This document shows, piece after piece, positions 61,409 through 64,000 of a stretch of 64,000 bases of DNA. The stretch lies in assembly GCA_038230535.1 (NCBI GenBank), contig JBBRNB010000017.1:2728-66727 (forward strand), given 5' to 3'. The notes under the pieces are model-generated. The model was not told the DNA's origin. It saw nothing but the letters and a program-made list of their open reading frames with translations, and did no database searches. How positions within the stretch are numbered: the stretch's first letter is position 1; each line of letters starts with the position of its first letter. Source of the DNA: Thermoanaerobaculia bacterium (GTDB taxonomy: Bacteria; Acidobacteriota; Thermoanaerobaculia; Gp7-AA8). The translations under genes and the position numbers were made by a program.

Positions 61409-62632
61409 TCACGCGGCCGGCCGCTTCTTGAGCGCGATGTATGGGCGGGCGATCTGGCGAAGGCCCCAGTTTCTCGCCGCATAGATGTGATCCTGGAGTG
61501 CCGGCTCGATCAGGCCAGCCGCCTCTTCCGGCTGGACCACCAAAGAGACCTCGATCGGCAGGATGCCCACTGGCAGCCGCGCGCGGCGACAGCTCTCGTG
61601 CAGGTAGGCAAAAACCTCTTTCATCGCCCCCGGGTCGGGCGGCGGAACGTTCTCCATCTCGCTTCCGATCGTCGGACGGAAGATGCAGACCGTGGGGAAG
61701 GCTCCTGCCGACACGATCCGATCGATGCCGCGTTTCGTGGCTTCGATCGATTCGACGCCGGCGATGATCTCGCCGGAGACGCGCCCTCGCCCAAGCTTCT
61801 TCGCCGTGTACTCCATCGCCTCGAAGAACGCGTGCTGTCCAACGGTCTGCGCCTTTCCGGGACAGAGGCGGGCGAAGACCTCGGGGTCTTCAAATTCGTA
61901 GCAGAACGAGAAGTGATCCGTGCCGGCGGCGATCAATTCGTCGTACTCACCGTATTGTGCTCGTGGCACCGGTACCGCCTGAATGCCGATGAAGCCACCG
62001 ACGCTGGCGCGCACGGCGCGCACGAATACTTCGCATTGCCGGAGGCCATGAATGATTTCGCGGCCGGGGCGGTCTTCGTAGTGGTACCCGGTATTGAAGT
62101 GCGTGAAAATGGTTCCTGATTCGTCGCGCGCCGCGCGCGCCACTTCCACGACGTCGCGCCAGTTCTTCCGGCTCTCCTCGGCGGTGCCGACGTTCTTGCC
62201 GGTGGTGCAGAACTTACAAGCCACCGACGGCGACCACGTCCAGTACAGACATCGGTTGGAGACATAGACGGCGAGGTAGTTGCCCTGCAGAACGCCGACG
62301 CGGCTCATCTCGACGCCGGAGGTGGTCCGGCGCGAGTACCACGCCGGCTCTTCGGGAATGCGAACCGGGTACTCCTCCGCGTCGCGGCTGTCGAGAATGA
62401 AATAGCCGCCGTCTTTCCGTTGCAGCGTGAACACAGAGTCTTGCGCGAAGGGCTCGACGACGGGGACGTTGACCCAGATATCCTTCCGCCTGGCCGGCAG
62501 GACGATCTCCAGCCCGGAACCGAGCCCGGCTCGCGTGCGGCTGATCCGCCGGCCGTCGCTTGCGCGGCACGATTCGCTGATCTGCATCCCGCGACAGAAC
62601 AGCTCGATCTCGAGCTCCACTGCTCTCAGCAT
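61409..62632 (-). CDS. Putative Fe-S / radical-SAM-like enzyme with non-canonical CX10CXFC motif
   Basis: The motif is NRCLYWTWSPSVACKFCTTG. No canonical CX3CX2C is present. Length is 407 aa. Confidence 0.35.
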   Translation of the reverse strand: MLRAVELEIELFCRGMQISESCRASDGRRISRTRAGLGSGLEIVLPARRKDIWVNVPVVEPFAQDSVFTLQRKDGGYFILDSRDAEEYPVRIPEEPAWYSRRTTSGVEMSRVGVLQGNYLAVYVSNRCLYWTWSPSVACKFCTTGKNVGTAEESRKNWRDVVEVARAARDESGTIFTHFNTGYHYEDRPGREIIHGLRQCEVFVRAVRASVGGFIGIQAVPVPRAQYGEYDELIAAGTDHFSFCYEFEDPEVFARLCPGKAQTVGQHAFFEAMEYTAKKLGRGRVSGEIIAGVESIEATKRGIDRIVSAGAFPTVCIFRPTIGSEMENVPPPDPGAMKEVFAYLHESCRRARLPVGILPIEVSLVVQPEEAAGLIEPALQDHIYAARNWGLRQIARPYIALKKRPAA

Positions 62633-62743
62633 GCGATGAGTGAACGCCGAAGCTGTTCCACGACTCTATGACGATCATCACATCGGGGTGTGACGGCGGG
62701 TACGGTTCGGAGGCTCACGTATGTGAAGAATTGCGGTGGAACG

Positions 62744-62882
62744 GTAGATCAGTGGATTGGTAGATCAGTGGATCAGAAACAGTGCGGTTTAGCAGTAGAC
62801 GGTGGATTGGTAGATCAGTGGATCAGAAACATTGAAATACGAACAACAGAGCAACCGATCACCACTGATCCACTGATCCACT
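62744..62882. promoter_or_regulatory. Array of 4 direct GTAGATCAGTGGAT and 3 inverted CCACTGATC repeats (8 GATC sites) upstream of a gene
   Basis: Seen in sequence. A GGAGGG Shine-Dalgarno and an ATG at 62900 follow. Confidence 0.4.
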
Positions 62883-62899
62883 GCATCACGGAGGGCATC

Positions 62900-63298
62900 A
62901 TGTCGCGAATCGAATCCAAGCCAGAGACTCTTTCACGCGATGGGGCGATTGATATTCTTCGCACTGAGCTTCTGAAGCTCGCGGGCGACGATGTCTCGAT
63001 CTGCAAGATCGCCGCGGAGAAGAACATCTTCTGCCGCGGTTTGCATCGTCACAAGGATGTCGAGCTGCGCCGCAAGTTCGATTGGATCAATTCCAGGAAC
63101 CCTCGCATGACGCGCGCCGAGATGGAGGAAATGGTCGACCGCTGGCAACTCGCCCGTCAGGAAGTTGCTGACCTGCCGGCCGCCTGTGACGTCCAGCAAC
63201 TCGAACACGATGGCTGCCACGGCTGGGACGATTTCTCCAACGAAGACCTCTCGCGCTTTTGCCTCGAACTGACTGGGCGGACGGTGATCGTGAACTGA
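62900..63298 (+). CDS. Hypothetical protein (132 aa)
   Basis: It has a Shine-Dalgarno and protein-like composition. Confidence 0.5.
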   Translation: MSRIESKPETLSRDGAIDILRTELLKLAGDDVSICKIAAEKNIFCRGLHRHKDVELRRKFDWINSRNPRMTRAEMEEMVDRWQLARQEVADLPAACDVQQLEHDGCHGWDDFSNEDLSRFCLELTGRTVIVN

Positions 63299-63322
63299 CG
63301 TAAGACCGCTGCCGTCAGTCGA

Positions 63323-64000
63323 TCACTCCGTGTCAAAGGGCAACACCATCCGCATGATGGTGCCTTTTGGGTGATTGGGAAGCGCGACGATGGTTCCCCC
63401 ATGGGCCTCCGCGACGAGTTTGCAGAAGGCAAGGCCGAGGCCGGTCTGCGAAATGCTCTTGTCTTCGGATGGAAGCGTTTTGAAGCGTCCGAAGATCATT
63501 TCGCGGTGCTCGGCCGGGATACCTTCGCCTTCGTCGCTCACCTCGATCACGAGTGAGTCGCCGCGGTTTTCGGCCGTCAGCCCTACTCGGGATCCTTCCT
63601 GACTGAACTTGATCGCGTTTGTGAGAAGGTTCTCCACGCAACGCTCGGCCAGACGAATGTCGACCAGCGCCACGGTATCGAGATCGCCCGACAGCTCCAG
63701 GGTGTTGCTGTTCTTGCTCGCGAGCGGCTCGAGAGCGGTCATGACGCGCTCGAGCAACTCGCCGAGTCGTATGGGTGAGCGGGAGACCTGAATCTCACCG
63801 GCCTCGCTCTTGGCGATGATGAGCATTTCGTCGAGGAGTACCTGAAGATTCACCGTCAGATTGTCCAGACGCTGGATCACAGCCTGGGCCCGATCCTCCG
63901 TGGAGATTCGCCTCAGGATCTCGATGGAGAAGCGCATTGCCTGAAGGGGGTTTCGCAGGTCGTGGACGGCCATGTTGGTCAGGTCGGTCCGAAGTGTCAG
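63323..64000 (-). CDS. Sensor histidine kinase, C-terminal HisKA+HATPase part (gene continues beyond window end)
   Basis: The H-box (HDLRNPLQ) is followed by N and G boxes (DEGEGIP, GLGLAFCK). The frame is still open at base 64000. Confidence 0.8.
   Translation of the reverse strand: MTLRTDLTNMAVHDLRNPLQAMRFSIEILRRISTEDRAQAVIQRLDNLTVNLQVLLDEMLIIAKSEAGEIQVSRSPIRLGELLERVMTALEPLASKNSNTLELSGDLDTVALVDIRLAERCVENLLTNAIKFSQEGSRVGLTAENRGDSLVIEVSDEGEGIPAEHREMIFGRFKTLPSEDKSISQTGLGLAFCKLVAEAHGGTIVALPNHPKGTIMRMVLPFDTE

Overview
This 64-kb window is high-GC bacterial chromosomal DNA (about 65% GC), and gene content and style point to an Acidobacteria-like soil bacterium. It is densely coding, with many genes coupled by 4-nt ATGA/GTGA stop-start overlaps. 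The ORF track counts the stop codon in each interval and treats GTG/TTG starts as M.

Main blocks, in order:
- 1-9.1 kb: a type IV pilus / T2SS-like assembly operon: partial pilC, the pilB/gspE ATPase, pilM, pilN, pilO, a pilP-like gene, the pilQ secretin and three prepilin genes. The PilP-like protein carries polyproline tracts and a thrombospondin type-3 Ca-binding repeat. The secretin has a roughly 250-aa C-terminal extension.
- 9.1-15.1 kb: M16 peptidase, two hypothetical proteins, recN and tsaC/yrdC.
- 15.4-24.3 kb: a tandem array of four paralogous 690-760-aa secreted repeat proteins, plus a 5' gene fragment between copies 2 and 3. The family is uncharacterised.
- 24.4-27.5 kb: a Cld/HemQ-family protein, a DUF4160/DUF2442 pair, a TlpA-like lipoprotein that appears to use a non-canonical start codon, and a MaoC dehydratase.
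- 27.6-36.2 kb: a five-gene two-component operon on the minus strand: membrane HK, PAS-HK, two single-domain receivers and a 1139-aa hybrid PAS/GAF HK with two REC domains.
- 36.6-40.6 kb: a Crp/Fnr regulator, an XRE HTH regulator, a length-perfect 21-bp x26 tandem minisatellite (an in-frame heptad on the minus strand), an AT-rich island, an orphan gene with a basic tail, and hairpin terminators.
- 40.7-49.5 kb: MFS transporter, PilZ-like/GAF/PP2C phosphatase, a zeta-toxin-like P-loop protein with a small partner, a Ser/Thr kinase with a beta-propeller, and a histone-H1-like KAAP-repeat protein.
- 49.5-52.7 kb: carB.
- 52.8-63.3 kb: DUF1232, a lower-GC three-gene module (VapB-like RHH, an 83-aa unknown, a 3-TM membrane protein), an overlapped ahbC-ahbAB-ahbD siroheme-dependent heme operon with two radical-SAM/SPASM enzymes, a membrane protein interrupted by an in-frame TGA, an FNR-like regulator with a Cys cluster, a tandem USP, and a CX10CXFC Fe-S protein.
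- 63.3-64.0 kb: a partial HK.

The most unusual non-genic signal is a family of intergenic repeat clusters at 41.85-42.35, 47.70-48.13 and 49.26-49.46 kb. Each is built from tandem copies of a GCGCTTCGCGCGTTG core on one arm and its reverse complement on the other, so each forms a large composite palindrome; two of them bracket the H1-like gene. These, the four-paralog secreted-protein array, the 21-bp minisatellite and the VapB-like low-GC module are the best candidates for undescribed biology. No rRNA, tRNA, CRISPR array or transposase was recognised.
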